From: Takakia lepidozioides
Taxonomy: Eukaryota; Plantae; Bryophyta
NCBI GenBank assembly: GCA_030704615.1
Contig: CM060732.1
Location: 40,982,001-41,046,000 of the forward strand
DNA length: 64,000 bases
Direction: 5' to 3'
Shown here: piece by piece, positions 1-12,942 of the stretch
Layout of the letters: the number at the start of each line of letters is the position of its first letter
How positions within the stretch are numbered: the stretch's first letter is position 1
Position numbers and translations under genes: made by a program
Notes under the pieces: model-generated
The model's database searches: none
The model's input: only the letters and a program-made list of their open reading frames with translations
Told to the model about the DNA's origin: nothing

Positions 1-520
1 GCATCAAGCTTTCTTCAGGCGAAATAGCTAACCTGGTGGGTTAAACCCACATCCAGCTCTGGAGGAGTCATATCCTGCAGGGATCATTGTCCTCTCTCTG
101 TTACTCACAACCTTGGGCCAAAAACAAATAAACATATGCACCTGACTGGGTGTGGCCTTGTTTGTGAAGAGGTGTGCGCGTTGTGGGAGGAAGTGGCATA
201 AATCGTGGCGGTGTGCAACAACTGTTCGTGAGTGTGCCCGCTGTTCTAATCCAGGAAACACTCAACAGTGTCACACTGTTGTAATGCGAACCCGCCTCAT
301 GAAAGGATACCGAGACAGGTATTGACGAAGTTTCTAAATATAGTTTGAAGGATCTGTCTTGAACATGAGTGGACGGAGTGTTAAGCAAGCAAGTATGATG
401 GTCTTATGAGCGATGATGGAAGAAGCCAGGGATAAACAACTTGAAAGGAAAAACTTGGATGCATAATCTCTGTTGGGATCCAACTCTTACCGAGTGTAAA
501 GTCCAAGGTCTCTTGTTCAG

Positions 521-3122
521 GTGAACTCATCTCCAACCGTTTATGTTGCTGATGTCTTTGCATTGTGCAAGTGTGGACACAGGGGTCAAGTTAAGGAGCT
601 CCAATCAACTCTTGCTAGTCTCAAGAAGGATGGGCACCGGCCAACTGTAGAGTCATACACTCTCTTAGTGAGTGGATTAGTAACCAAGGGCAGAATGCAG
701 GAAGCCCAAGCTGTACTTCAGCAGATGGACGATGATGAAGTTTTGCCAGATGCTATTTGGTTCAACACACTGTTAAATGGGTGGTGTGAGGTTGGCAAAA
801 TGAAGGAAGCTCAGTCAGTTTTACTGCAAATGAAAGACAGAGGTTGTGCCCCAACGTCTAGCACTTATAATACTCTGATCAAGGGATATGGACTAGCTGG
901 CCAGCCTAGAGACGCTATGAAGGTGCTGCAGGATATGGGGAAGGGACAGGATACGAAACCTACCCGCCGGACTTTCAACATGCTCATAAATGTGTGGACA
1001 AAAGAGAAGAATCCAGAAGAAGGGAGGTGGGTAATGTCTCTGATGCGTGCAGCCAAGGTTGCACCGGACGTCGTCTCGTACAACACTTTAGCCCAGGTCA
1101 TTTGCACTTGTCCTGGGCTCACACTCTGTCTCACCTTGCCTTGCTGTCATCTGCTAACATTCACAGCCGTGTCGACTATGGTAGTTCTGGACTGTCTGTC
1201 ATACTTTTCTTGTTTGATGTCAATGCCAGCTCTTGAACCATCAGAACTCTAAAGGAAAATTTGACACCTTTGCGTGCTAGCCTTGTGATTCTTTAATTTG
1301 TTTTGAGGTTCAGGAAGAAATAATTGAGTGACAGCTTGATTATACTTTGGCTCAGGCTTATGCCCAATTGGCGAGGCCCTGGGAGGCAGAGCGCGTTATA
1401 GCAGAGATGCAAAATGCTTACTTGAGGCCAAATGAGCGGACATATGGGATTGTTATTAGTGGTTTTATTAAGGATGGGAAGATCGAACACGCATTACCCT
1501 TGATTGATCGGATGCGAAACGAAGGAATACCACCAAATTTAGCTGTCTTCAATATCCTCATAAAGGGCTACGCTGAAGCATTGCAGGCAGATGGCATTGA
1601 CAAGGTAACCTTCTGACAACTACAGCATCATAAGGATTTTACCTACTGGCAAGTTGTTTGTTGTGATCAGGTCAGAGAACATGGCTGAGGGATGAGGTTG
1701 GAATGTTTACTGTATACTTCACAGGCCTGTGAATAAGCTTAAGCATTTTCCAAGGTGTTCTAATCAATTATGTGGGTTGGATTCCGGTTCTGGGGTCCCT
1801 CTTTTCCCCTCTCACCCGCATGTTCGGTTGAGCAGGTGTTGGCACTCATGACAAGACATAGAGTGAAGCCTGACGTCCAAACCTTCGGCCTCATCATGAA
1901 TGCTTGGAGTGAAGCAGGTTTCATTGATGAGGCTAAAGCCACATTACAAAGAATGAGGGAGTTTGAACTACAACCTGATGTGACGGCTTACTCTATTCTT
2001 GCCAAAGGTTACGCGAGAGGTGGGAGGCCTGCTGAGGGGGAATTGCTCCTTCAGGAGATGATAGACCAAGGGTTAACTCCGAATGTGGTCATTCTCACCA
2101 CTGTGATTAGCGGGTATTGTAGCTTGGCACAAATGGATGATGCCATGCGGGTTTACAATGGGATGGAGTTGAAGGGGATTTCCCCTAATATGAATACTTT
2201 CCATACACTCCTATGGGGGTTTACGGAGGCTCGCTTGCCTCGACAGGCCGAAGAGTTATTGGAACAGATGAAAAAAGCAGGGGTTCGCCCTGACAAGAAG
2301 TGTCTGGAATCCGTTGCAGAATGTTGGAGTTCGGTTGGGCTTAAAGGCGTAGGAGAGCGGATCTTGGCTACGAAAGTTGACCTCCCTGACAGAAACTTAA
2401 ATTCAGGGGATAAGTTGCAACCTCTCAGGCCTGAAAATACCCAACAGGATTTTGTGTTTGGAGCTAATAATGTATTGGAAGGCCATGGAGATATTGAATC
2501 TGGCAATGGGTCATCGCAGGGCAGTGTTTCCTCTCAGCTCCCGCACCCATCACTTATATTCAAACCTTCTGTAGCCAGCGCACGGGGTTTCTCTGTGGCA
2601 CGGGGCTTTTCAAGAGGGGGCAATTCCAAGCTTAGTGCAAGAACAATTCTTCCTTGGGGCACCTGTCTAGGGTGCTGTTTCAGGAACTTTCCTACATCTG
2701 GGCTGGACAAGGAGCTCAGAGGAGCATTCAAGGGACGATGGGGGGCAACCAAGCATGTGGCATACCGGCTGTGGGATTTTAACGTTAGTGTTGGTTCAGA
2801 TATTTCCCTTTATCATGGGAAACTTGGGTGGCATAACATAAGCTCTGGACATGGCCAGAGATTTAGCGGCAGCAGGCTCAAAGAGGGAAGGCAACAACAC
2901 TGGGAACATTTCTCAGTAGGTATATTAGGTTGGGGTAGCTTAAAGTTTGCACGGGACCGGTTTGTACCAAAGAGAGAACTGCACTTATCTGCTCTGAAAA
3001 TTAGTGAGGATTACAACCGTAGAGTCAGTGGGATTAAAATGATTCTACCTAGAGTGAAGTTGCGTTCCATGGAAGTCGCAAGTTGTTGTAATGTAATCAC
3101 AAATGTAATTTGCCACTTATGA
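521..3122 (+). CDS. P-class pentatricopeptide repeat protein (3 exons seen: ~521-1096, 1356-1604, 1836-3122; true start may lie further upstream)
   Basis: Tandem 35-aa P motifs (e.g. SSTYNTLIKGYGLAGQPRDAMKVLQDMGKGQDTKPT, VTAYSILAKGYARGGRPAEGELLLQEMIDQGLTPN). Three ORFs join in frame through GT..AG introns at 1097-1355 and 1605-1835. Confidence 0.9.
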
Positions 3123-3825
3123 TGGTGAGTGATGCATTCATGATGTGTGACCTTGAAGTTCATAGCTTGGGTTAGTGTTGCCCCCAGAGTTGCTTGGCCG
3201 AAATGGAAAGAAATGAATCAGTTAATCGTCTAGGCCTCTCTTCCCCTAGACTGTGCCGTTTCCTTATTGGGGCAAAAACGCCTGGTTTCTCTCTTTAAAT
3301 GGACATGTTGATTCATGGGTTATGAGTTATGAGTTGCCCTTTAAGGCGGAGTCACTGCAGACTGCTAGAGCAGTTCAAGGGTTAATTTTAACCCTCATAA
3401 GATCCAAACTTTGCCATTGTGTTATTTGACAGCACAACATGTCAGCAGCACAGGAACAAGTGTGGATATCGGTACAGTTACTCTGGACGACATGCAGGCC
3501 CAGGCTCACAAGACCAGCAGGAAGCACTATAATGACCCCTAGAGGATGCCTTAAGAACCTCCACACTTGAAAACAACGAGAAAACGTTGACATGGGGTTC
3601 TTCGTATGAAAGGCGATCTTGGAGCTGTAGATGCAACCCTGCACAGAGGAGGCGACGCGTCTTAGCAAGTGGACCATGTCATCAGCATTACTCTCAAGCT
3701 CGTAAAGCGAGCTGGCGGAGAGACGAAGACGATGACCATGCAGCCGCCGCGGTTGCATGGTCAAGCTCACACAAGATGCCCGAGCATCTTCAAAGATGCG
3801 GTACACCGCAAGAAAAAGATGCTGC

Positions 3826-4046
3826 CCGCGATTGGCTCTCTGCGCTGACCGTAGCGTATTTATCATCGTCCTTCATCCATCAAGTAACTGTAGCCTATCT
3901 CCTTATCGTTCTATCCGAATTGAGGATAAGTCAAGGAAAATTCTCCATTGGCTATGGGGGATAGGACGGAGATAATACACCAATGGCAGGGAAGCCAATT
4001 ATCCCATATCGATTGGCCGCGTCCGTGTGCTTGCTGGATATATATA
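3826..4046. promoter_or_regulatory. Cluster of CCAAT/ATTGG boxes, GATAAG (I-box-like) sites and a TATATATA box upstream of hemA
   Basis: ATTGG/CCAAT at ~3831, 3947, 3980, 3995 and 4012; CTTATC ~3902; GGATAAG ~3924; TATATATA ~4039. Function is inferred only. Confidence 0.35.
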
Positions 4047-4915
4047 CGAGCGCGGGCCAGGCAGCCAACGGAACCCCTGAGATAAAAAAGTAAATAATAT
4101 CCGATGAAGTCAAATTGTAAAAACAAATGCGAAAGAACGAAAGGGCCTCTGTCCCCTTTCTCTTTAAAGAAAACAGAAAAAGAAAAAATGCGAAAGAATA
4201 AAAGGAATAAAAAGGTGGAAATTAAAATCTCGTATTTACTCGGTCTGTCTCGCTCGTCTCGCAGCCTCGCAGAACGTCGGGTCGCAGGCTCGTGGGCTCG
4301 TGCGTGCCACACAGCACGCTGCTGGCTATCTGCGATCGTCGCTGGGGGATCGGTGGGCCGCCATATCCAGTGCTGGGGGAGCTTCCCACGCGCTTTCCTG
4401 GCACCCTTCTCTTCTCTTTCGAGCAGACCTGGTCTGGGTCTGTGTGCGGCACGTGCTCAGGCACCGAGCTTGCGCAGATCGCTGGGCTTTGTCGGGCTTT
4501 CTCGCTGTCTCTTCTTCTCTCACTCGATCTTACTGGAACTCAACTCTTTTGAAGAAGTGGGCTCTCGAGGTGGTTTGGGTAACCACCTTTGCGTAGGTAG
4601 ATCCGGCTACCAGCAAGCAAGCAGACGGCGTATGGAGTATTGAAGTCTGGGTAGCTGCATTTGACGAGCATTGGCCTCATCCGGGGTTTTCCGTCACAGT
4701 AGTGAGCGTGGCGAAGGAAAAGATTTTTATGTCGGGTTTGCCCTGTCTGTCACCTCCAGGGAAATGGTAGTAGCTCAAGGTTGATCTCAATCTTCGAATC
4801 ATTCTTTTCGGTCCTGGTGACGAGATAGTGTGGGGGCATTGCTCTACCTATTCGTGGAAGGAGGAAACTCCATCTCCAGCGGGGATTATAAAGTCGTTGC
4901 TACGGGGGGTAAGCA

Positions 4916-7886
4916 ATGGCCACCATGAGGGCTTCAATGGTGGCTCCGACATCGTTACCCGGTAACTATCAGCTTCCCAGGGTTAGTTTCAGCAGCTCAA
5001 AGGTATTTGGAGTAGGTATAAATGGAAGCCGGCCTCTACAGAAGATACAGTTGTTTGAGGACAGGGCAAACAAAGTGAAGGCCACGAAGGCAAGCGCGGG
5101 GTCGGATGGAGATTCGCAAAGTATGCCGCCCAGCCATAAGATTAAGGCGGCCAGCCTCATCGCATTCGAGGAACTTCGCAATGCTAGTTCCAATCGTGAG
5201 TTTGTCTCAACTGTAGTGAAGATTATGTTTGTGTGTTTGGCGGGGTTTCGAGCTGTTAATGCTGGTTGTTTCGGTGTTTGTTCATATTTTGTGCTGTTCT
5301 CATGCATAGCAATCCCAGTGCATTTTGTCTTCTGCTGCATTAGCTGGTGTTGCAACACTGATTTTGTATTGGATACGGAAGGTTGGGCTCCTTGTAATTG
5401 CTTGTGAGCTCTCCTCTTAGCAATGTCTATCCCATGGCATGGGTTTATAGACAAGTGTAATCTGAAATCATCAATATTATGGTGGGGGGTGTATTAGTCA
5501 TTAATTTTCTGCCAAATTGATCCGAAGGCTTTCTACATGGATGAGCTTGACGACCGGAAATGTCTCTCAAACCCTGTCTCTCAAACCCTTCGTAAATTTG
5601 AGCAAGGTGACCTCCAAAATGCTGAATGAGGAAGAGTTATAGGACAAACAGTTGGAGTTTGAGCTTTCAAAGATGCACATCACAGGTTCCAAATTGAGCT
5701 TCTTTGGATGTTTGTCACTCAGGTTATACAAGTGCAAAGAGCAGCATCATGGTGTTGGGACTGAGCTGTCACACAGCACCTGTGGAGATGAGGGAGAAAC
5801 TGGCTGTGCCTGAGGCTGAGTGGCCCCGTGCTATTGCAGAGCTCTCTAATCAGAACCACATAGAAGAGGCAGCTGTTCTCAGTACTTGCAATCGAATGGA
5901 AATTTATGTAGTGGCTCTCTCTTGGAACAGGGGTGTCAAGGAAGTCACTGAGTGGATGTCAAAGGTGAATTTACTACTCCCTGTTTGTTCAAGTAGCCAT
6001 ATGTCAGGATTTGGACATCTCATATTGGAAGCAATCTAGTCAAAGCTGTCACCTGCAGTGTAGAGGAAGCCTTGCAGTTGTGGTTTCTCATATTTTCAGG
6101 CTGGCCTTGTCACACTCTTTACCAGTTCTGAGTTGTGTCATTTTTGTTGTCTGCACCAGACAAGTGGCATCCCTGTCCATGAGCTTAGAGAGCACCTGTT
6201 CATTCTCCGTGATCGCGATGCAACCCAGCATTTGTTCAGGGTGTCTGCTGGTCTTGACTCTTTGGTTCTGGGTGAAGGCCAGATCCTTTCTCAGGTACGA
6301 GCATGAAGACATTGTCTTGCTAGTGAAGGAACCTGCCCCCAACCCTTAATGAAATTGTTGTATGTTAACACTGGACACTATTTCTTTCTTCATGTCAAAT
6401 TGTGGTGCTACAATGGCCTTCGATGACTGTATCTAATGTCCTTGCTTTCCATGTTGCAGGTGAAACAAGTTCTCAAAGTGGCGCAAGGGTCAGTTGGATT
6501 TGGTAGAAATTTAACTGGGCTATTTAAGCAAGCAATTGTTGCTGGCAAGCGAGTGAGATCAGAGACAAGCATCTCTGCTGGGGCTGTCTCTGTCAGTTCT
6601 GCAGCAGTCGAGCTGGCAGCAATGAAGCTTTTGGAAGGGGGTCTTTCTCGCGTTAATGTTTTGATTGTTGGTGCTGGCAAAATGTCAAAATTGCTTGTGA
6701 AGCATTTGATATCCAAAGGATGTTCAAGGATTGTCGTTGTGAATCGATCAGAGCAGAGAGTGCTTGACTTACAAGTAGAGTTCACTGAGGCTAAGATTGT
6801 CTACCAAACTCTTACCGAGATGCTGAGATGTGCGGGGGAGGCTGATGTTGTGTTTACAAGTACCGCCTCAGATGTCCCGCTGTTTGTCCGGGAGAATGTC
6901 GAAAACCTTCCTCCTGCTTCTCAGGTAAAGAATTGTTCACTCAACCATACATCATGCATGCAGACCAGCATGCTCTCTGCATCTCCATTTACTCTTGAAC
7001 AAGTGCAAAGTGACTGCATACACACATTTTTTGTTGATGGAGAAAGTTGCTGAGCCCACAGTTAGGGGTTGACATGTAGCTGTGCTTGGTGAACCACGTG
7101 AAGAGTGTAAATCTGCTAAGCAAGTACCCCTGAATACCTGTTCTTCTTTTTCTGGCAATGTATCCTTAACATCTTAGTACAGTCAGGTGGAGCAAAGTGG
7201 CCTATTCCTTTCTGGTCCTGAAGGCTCGGTTCTACTGGTGGAAGCCAATCATGTTTGTCTATGGGAGACTTTGTTCCACGGATCTAGTATTTATGGCTGA
7301 GATTGACGGATTGTTAAGTTGTACTCTTTGTTCCATCTAATCAAGTCTCTGGATGTTTGGATGATGTTAGATGGCTGGGGGCATGAGGCACTTCATCGAT
7401 ATCTCGGTGCCAAGAAATGTTGGCGCTTGTATCAATGGCCTGCCATCAACCCAGATCTACAATGTGGATGATCTGAAGGAAGTCGTGGCAGCCAACAAGG
7501 AGGAGAGGAGACGAAAGGCCATGGAAGCCCAGGTTATTATTGATGATGAGCTACAGAGTTTTGAGGCATGGCGGGATTCGCTAGAAACAGTGCCAACCAT
7601 TAAGAAATTGCGTGCATATGCAGAGCGGGTAAGGGCCGCGGAATTAGAGAAGTGTCTGGGCAAAATGGGAGATGACTTAACAACAAAACAGCGCAAGTCA
7701 ATTGAAGAGATGAGTCGGGGAATTGTCAACAAGCTGTTGCATGGCCCGATGCAGCATCTTCGTTCTGATGGAACAGATGCACGAACAGTAAGTGAGACCC
7801 TTGAGAACATGCATGCACTGGAGAGGATGTTTGATCTTGCGTCGGAGATAACCATCGTCGAGAGCAAGCTCAGATCCAAGGGATAG
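4916..7886 (+). CDS. hemA: Glutamyl-tRNA reductase, plastid (5 exons: 4916-5195, 5723-5964, ~6160-6294, 6460-6924, 7371-7886)
   Basis: Transit-like N-terminus followed by [29 protein letters not shown] (catalytic Cys), [25 protein letters not shown] (NADPH binding), DISVPRNV and [15 protein letters not shown]. Confidence 0.97.
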
Positions 7887-8960
7887 AAGAGTACACAATG
7901 AGCTCATGTCCCATTTTTGTAGATTAGTCGGCCACTTGGGGCAAGGTCGTTTCTCATTCTTGTCACCGCACATCTCTGTTCAGACATTCTCGGAGGGTTT
8001 GTCTATGGCCAATTTGTGCCGACATTCGTCACATGGATGTACCTGGAGTAGCTCTTCCTTGGGATGTCAAGACTGCTGATGCTCTGGTCAGACATCCTCT
8101 GGAAAGTTGAAGTGATACATATGAGCAGAACAAGTCTGAATTAGTGTGATAGCTTTGTCATGTCTCTGCAGCTGCATCAAATTTACCAGAATGGCTTCAA
8201 AAGGCACAAGAGGCATCTCCTCTGTTAATAATTAAAGGAGCATTCAATTGTTATAAGACCAATATTGGCCTGCGGAATCTGCAAGCTTGAGGTCCTACTG
8301 TCAGGTTGATGTGAAACAGAACAAACTATTGCATCATGAATGAAGCAGCTACCAAAATGCAGTTTCACTGCTATCTAGTAGCCCCAGAGCAGGATGCATC
8401 AAACAGTCTGTGTAGTTCTCACTTGAATGGACTTTAGTGAGGCTTTACTTGTGCTGTTGAGCAGAGCTGTTCGGTAGGCTTTACCTCTCCCAGCTGGGGT
8501 ATCGGACAGTTCCAGTAGTCATTTGGAGGTCGGCACAAATTAGTCTCAAATTGGTTGACAGCAAGGGGTTTGGTGTCTTCTACTAATGGTGTTTTCCATA
8601 CTTAGGGTCTACTTGGTGTTTTGGACCTTTCAATAAGTGGGGATTCCAGTGTCCTGACAACGACCTTTTTTCCCACCAGACTCCTAAGTAAGACTTATAA
8701 ACACCTTCTGACTGGAACGACAGCAGACCAGACAAACTGTGGCTGTTTCAGCATTCTAGTATGTACAAACTTGCCAAATCCAGCCCTATCAGATGACGGA
8801 TCCAGAAGCCCTCTCTCTGGGTTGTAGTGTAACCCAAGGATGAAACAGTTGCAGTCAAATAACTTCAGTCTAATAACCGTCCTCCACATCCCTAAGCTGA
8901 CCTATTGCATTGAGAAATGTCATCTCAAATGACTGCTCCCATCTATAATGACAAATAGTA

Positions 8961-11900
8961 CTAGGAAGAGATGCTCAGTGAGGGAGTTATATTCCAATAC
9001 TTAAAGTTTGCTGGAACAGCAAGGTTGGAGATAGCTATATTGACACCTAGTGTGGTCTGTAATGTGTCCAAGTTGTGAATGAGTTTTCTTGTTGACAATT
9101 TCACTGGCATCGCTATCACTCCCTCCATCATGAACAGTGTCACTCCTCCGACCGGGACCTGTGTCAGTGTTGTAGTAAAGTTCGTTAGAAAGCACCCGGC
9201 TTGATCTTTGAACATGCACTCCTTGTATTACACAGGTGGAATGCTCCGAAGGATGTGAAGAGTTTCGAGTTACAAATGATTTATGCCAGATAAATTCAGA
9301 ACCAAGGGTATCTTCACTAGAAAGTAGTTCCCTTCTATAACTAAAGCACAAAAACACCAACAGTGAATGAGGAACAAAGGGCCGAGAAGGCAGGCACCTC
9401 TTCAGTAGAAGTTTCCAGAGTCTCAATATTGATTCCATGAGAAGCCAGATATTCCGTGACATTGTACATAAGCCCTTCACACAGACCTCCGCCAATAAAT
9501 GAAGGTTAAAAAACTGTCTGCGCTAATATGAAGAGCCGACACCTAAAATCAACTCGTTTCAAAGGCAATAGAGGAGAAGGAACTAAACAATCTTGATTCT
9601 TGGGGCCAGTTTAAGAGCTCGTTGACCTTGTGTCAGATAAGGAGTATTGTGGGACGTCGAAACTGAGACCGCTGATGTGAGAAAAAAGTTTGCACTTCAA
9701 GTAGATAATTTTGTAGGGATTTGTGTGAAGAGTAGGTATCCACTCTTTTTCCCAACCAACATCAGGGAATAATCGGCCAAAGGTCATGTGCCACATTGCG
9801 TGTGGTGATATCTCTACCATATGTGGAACTGACATGATATGCAACCATGTCTGTCTTTAAATCAACCAACTATGTGAGAGGACAGCTTACCGGGATTGTC
9901 TGCACCTCGGAGTAAGAATTTCCGAAACTTGCGATTTGGGCGTGTCTCTTTCAGGCGATCGTCAGAAGTCCACCTTGTGTTCACCTGGAATAGAAAACAC
10001 CTGTAAAATCAAAATTATAGAGATTTTGGGCACTTCACTCCACTCCTGAAGCCTCAAACACTCAAGTCAACAGCACTGATCACACATTGAAAAAGTCAAA
10101 GGGTAGAAGTGGCCAAAGTTGAACATCATCTTCCAATCCATTGAGTCGAGCATTCTTCCAAGCACTTATTTCAGATTGGCAGCTACTGTGGATTATTTAA
10201 TGCTTGTACAAAATGGGAGTAGAAAGAAACCTGGAGACCCTCAATCTGTAGGAGAGACTCACGTAGCTGTTCTGCCTTCCTCGTTGTTCTGCATAACCTT
10301 CCTTAGCTTTGAGACCTTCTACCAAGGCCACCCCAGATGCCTGATGCCCAAATTTCACAACTGACCTCTCCAACCTAAGATTGTACCATAGCATACACAA
10401 TGCTACCCAACATTAAAGCCTAACAATTAGAAAGTGGAACTCCTCAAATAGAAAAACTAATTCTCACCAAATATCAAGAGCTGGAAGTCTGAAACACTTG
10501 ACCATGGTCATGCATAACAACCAGGCGTCCATCACGTGTCAATCTTTGACAGGAAGCAAGATGTACATCAATCTAAGTAACCACAAACATATGCTTTGAG
10601 TACGCAGAATTTTGAAGGGGATGTCTGATAGACTCCTGACTGAAAGTAGCATTACACTCCAAGAGTAACCTACGTACAACATTGAACCTGGATATATTTC
10701 CCAAATAAACAGTCACCAGTCTTTTTGCATCAAAATTTCAATCCATTGCACAATCTTTACATGAGACAACTTGAGGATGCCACAAAACGAAAAAGAGAAA
10801 GCTGAGTGCAAGTCTGACTTACGTAACATCAAAAGTGATAAGCATCAGAATGGTAAAGTCACCGGCCAAGCGTGCCATGCGACTCTCTTCCACGTTGGCT
10901 CCACATTCAAGCACTCGCTTGGTAAGCCTGGCTACAATGCCTGGCCTGTCAGGGCCTGACGCTGTCACCACTAACTGCTGCATTGCTGTTCCATCTACAC
11001 CAGACCTCCAGCATAGTATTACATAGAAGCATTAAACCCTTTGGAGAAATGGAAGCTTGGCTATCCCAGGAAGCACATGGCAATGACCTTACACATGGAA
11101 CTTTCAAATTGGAGCCAAGGTAAGTAACAGGCTCTAATAACAGAACGGAGTTAGCTGTGTTACATTGGATGTCCTGAACAGATCGAGTGTGTAGGCTCCA
11201 TGGTCCTGTAACCTCTGGCCTCGAACTGGAATCTGTCCATGAAACAACAACCAGCTGATTTAGGTAGTAAGCAAAAACGGAAGCTACAAAGAAGCTAATA
11301 TCCACAGCATATTACAAGGCAATATAAACTTATCTTCTAGCTCCTCCTTGAACAAAGGGATTGAGGTACATAGACCTACACCTGTTTATAATTTTCTCCT
11401 CTTTCTAAACACTTCCTTAAAGTTCACGAACTGCTCATTCTCCCTTCCAAGTGCAGGTGACTCGGAACAGCGAAATCATGTCAAGGACACGTTCACAAGG
11501 AATTGCCTACAATTATAGTCCTACCTCTGCTTAATCGTGTGGTATGTAAACTGTCACGTTCAGTATGAATTACAATAATGGTCCAATGTAGGGTGAGTGA
11601 TTGCATAAAATGCAAGCCAGTTGATTATGTGAGGCTTGCAGAGGCTAAGAGACTTAACCAGCATATCCTCGCGCTGCCTGCATTTCCCGACCCTTGACAG
11701 CATCAGCTTCCTCCGACCCAATACAGAATATCACATGTGCACTACTGCAGAACAAGATCCTCCTTTTCATAAGCACAAGATGAAAGCTCCATCAGAGTAA
11801 TGAATCACCGAAACTAAGGAGAGGTACGAAGACACAAACCAAATTGAATTCTCGTGTAGCAAGAAACAACATGAAAGAGACAATGGCATCAGTCGCGGAG

Positions 11901-12083
11901 TTAGAGGCAATTGGTGACGAACGCATACACGTGAGGGCGACAGTAAATAGATCTATTTACCTTGTAAGCGGAATCAGAGCTCAAATCATTAGGGCTTGCA
12001 GAGAGTGGAGAGGAGACAAAAGCAGAAGATGGTAGATAGCGATGCAGAGACAGCGAGCGCCTTAGACCTGTGGCCTTCCACAT
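8961..12083 (-). CDS. GcvR-like tandem ACT-domain protein, probably mitochondrial (core exons 11005-10823, 10288-10231, 9984-9891, 9474-9398, 9158-8961; proposed 5' exons 12083-11961 and 11225-11164)
   Basis: Manual splicing with consistent phases gives MQQLVVTASGPDRPGIVARLTKRVLECGANVEESRMARLAGDFTILMLITFDV...FLLRGADNPGLMYNVTEYLASHGINIETLETSTEEVPVGGVTLFMMEGVIAMP. This has two ACT signatures (G-x-D-R/N-P-G; G-x-N-I/V-E). The 5' exons are less certain. Confidence 0.85.
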
Positions 12084-12942
12084 CGTTCCTTATTCTCTAC
12101 TCTCTAAACTCTCTCCGTCTCTTTCACTCTGGAGAGGAGAGAGAGGAGAGGAGAGTGTGTGAAGGTGCACACCCTCTTTGCCGAGAGAGACAAAGAGTGG
12201 ATGATGGATGAATCTGTGTGAAGCTAGTGTTTGCAATGCTCTTTAGGATGCAAAACTGTGGATGACGTGGATGATCATCCACAACATCCATCGATATCGA
12301 CTACGGATGTTATGCAGGCCAACTGGAAGGGAGAAAAAGATGCAGTAGTTAGAACAAAACAGAGCTTCTCAAGAGTGTCAGATGTCTGGGTGGCTCAGCT
12401 TTCAGATTGCAGGAGTGAATTTTCAAACCACACAATCTTCACCTCCAATGTCTTCAAGCTGGAAGCGAGAAAGGAAGAAGCAGGGAAGGAAGAAAGGAAG
12501 GAAGAAAGGAAGTGAGGGAGGAGTGGACAAATGTTGCGAGCTTCATGAATGAAGAACAATGCCCAGTATGTCTTTGGAACCAAACAATTGTATCCATTGA
12601 ATCAGGTATCGTACAACAGTAGAGCAAAAACATGATACAGGAAAAATCAACATCACTGTGTTGAATGTGGGTCAAATCTATATATAGATACTTCCTGATA
12701 GAACACACTGTTATCTGTTTTCTGCACAGCCATCCATCCACCCTTCAATGCATGTAGAGCTTCTTTGGTGTTACAACCAGAAAATATCATGTTGGTCTCT
12801 GTCAATGGGCGTCCATGACTGTCAAACTCCTCATATCGCCACACAAGTCACACATCTCCTCTCTCCCCACTGTGTTTTGATAGCCGCTCAACGCCTAGTA
12901 AGTACCTCTCCTAGTTGACTTTCCTTTCACCTGCAGTGACTT

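Noticed and set aside
3375-4643. Overlapping ORFs of 70-180 aa upstream of hemA
   Set aside because: No recognisable domains; several start at non-ATG codons and read through low-complexity promoter/UTR sequence.
5561-5590. Short tandem duplication of TGTCTCTCAAACCC in a hemA intron
   Set aside because: Ordinary slippage duplication.
11656-11746. Candidate extra exon (…MQAARGYA) for the ACT gene
   Set aside because: It has plausible splice sites but cannot be joined in frame to exon 12083-11961; left out pending transcript data, though it could be an alternative start.
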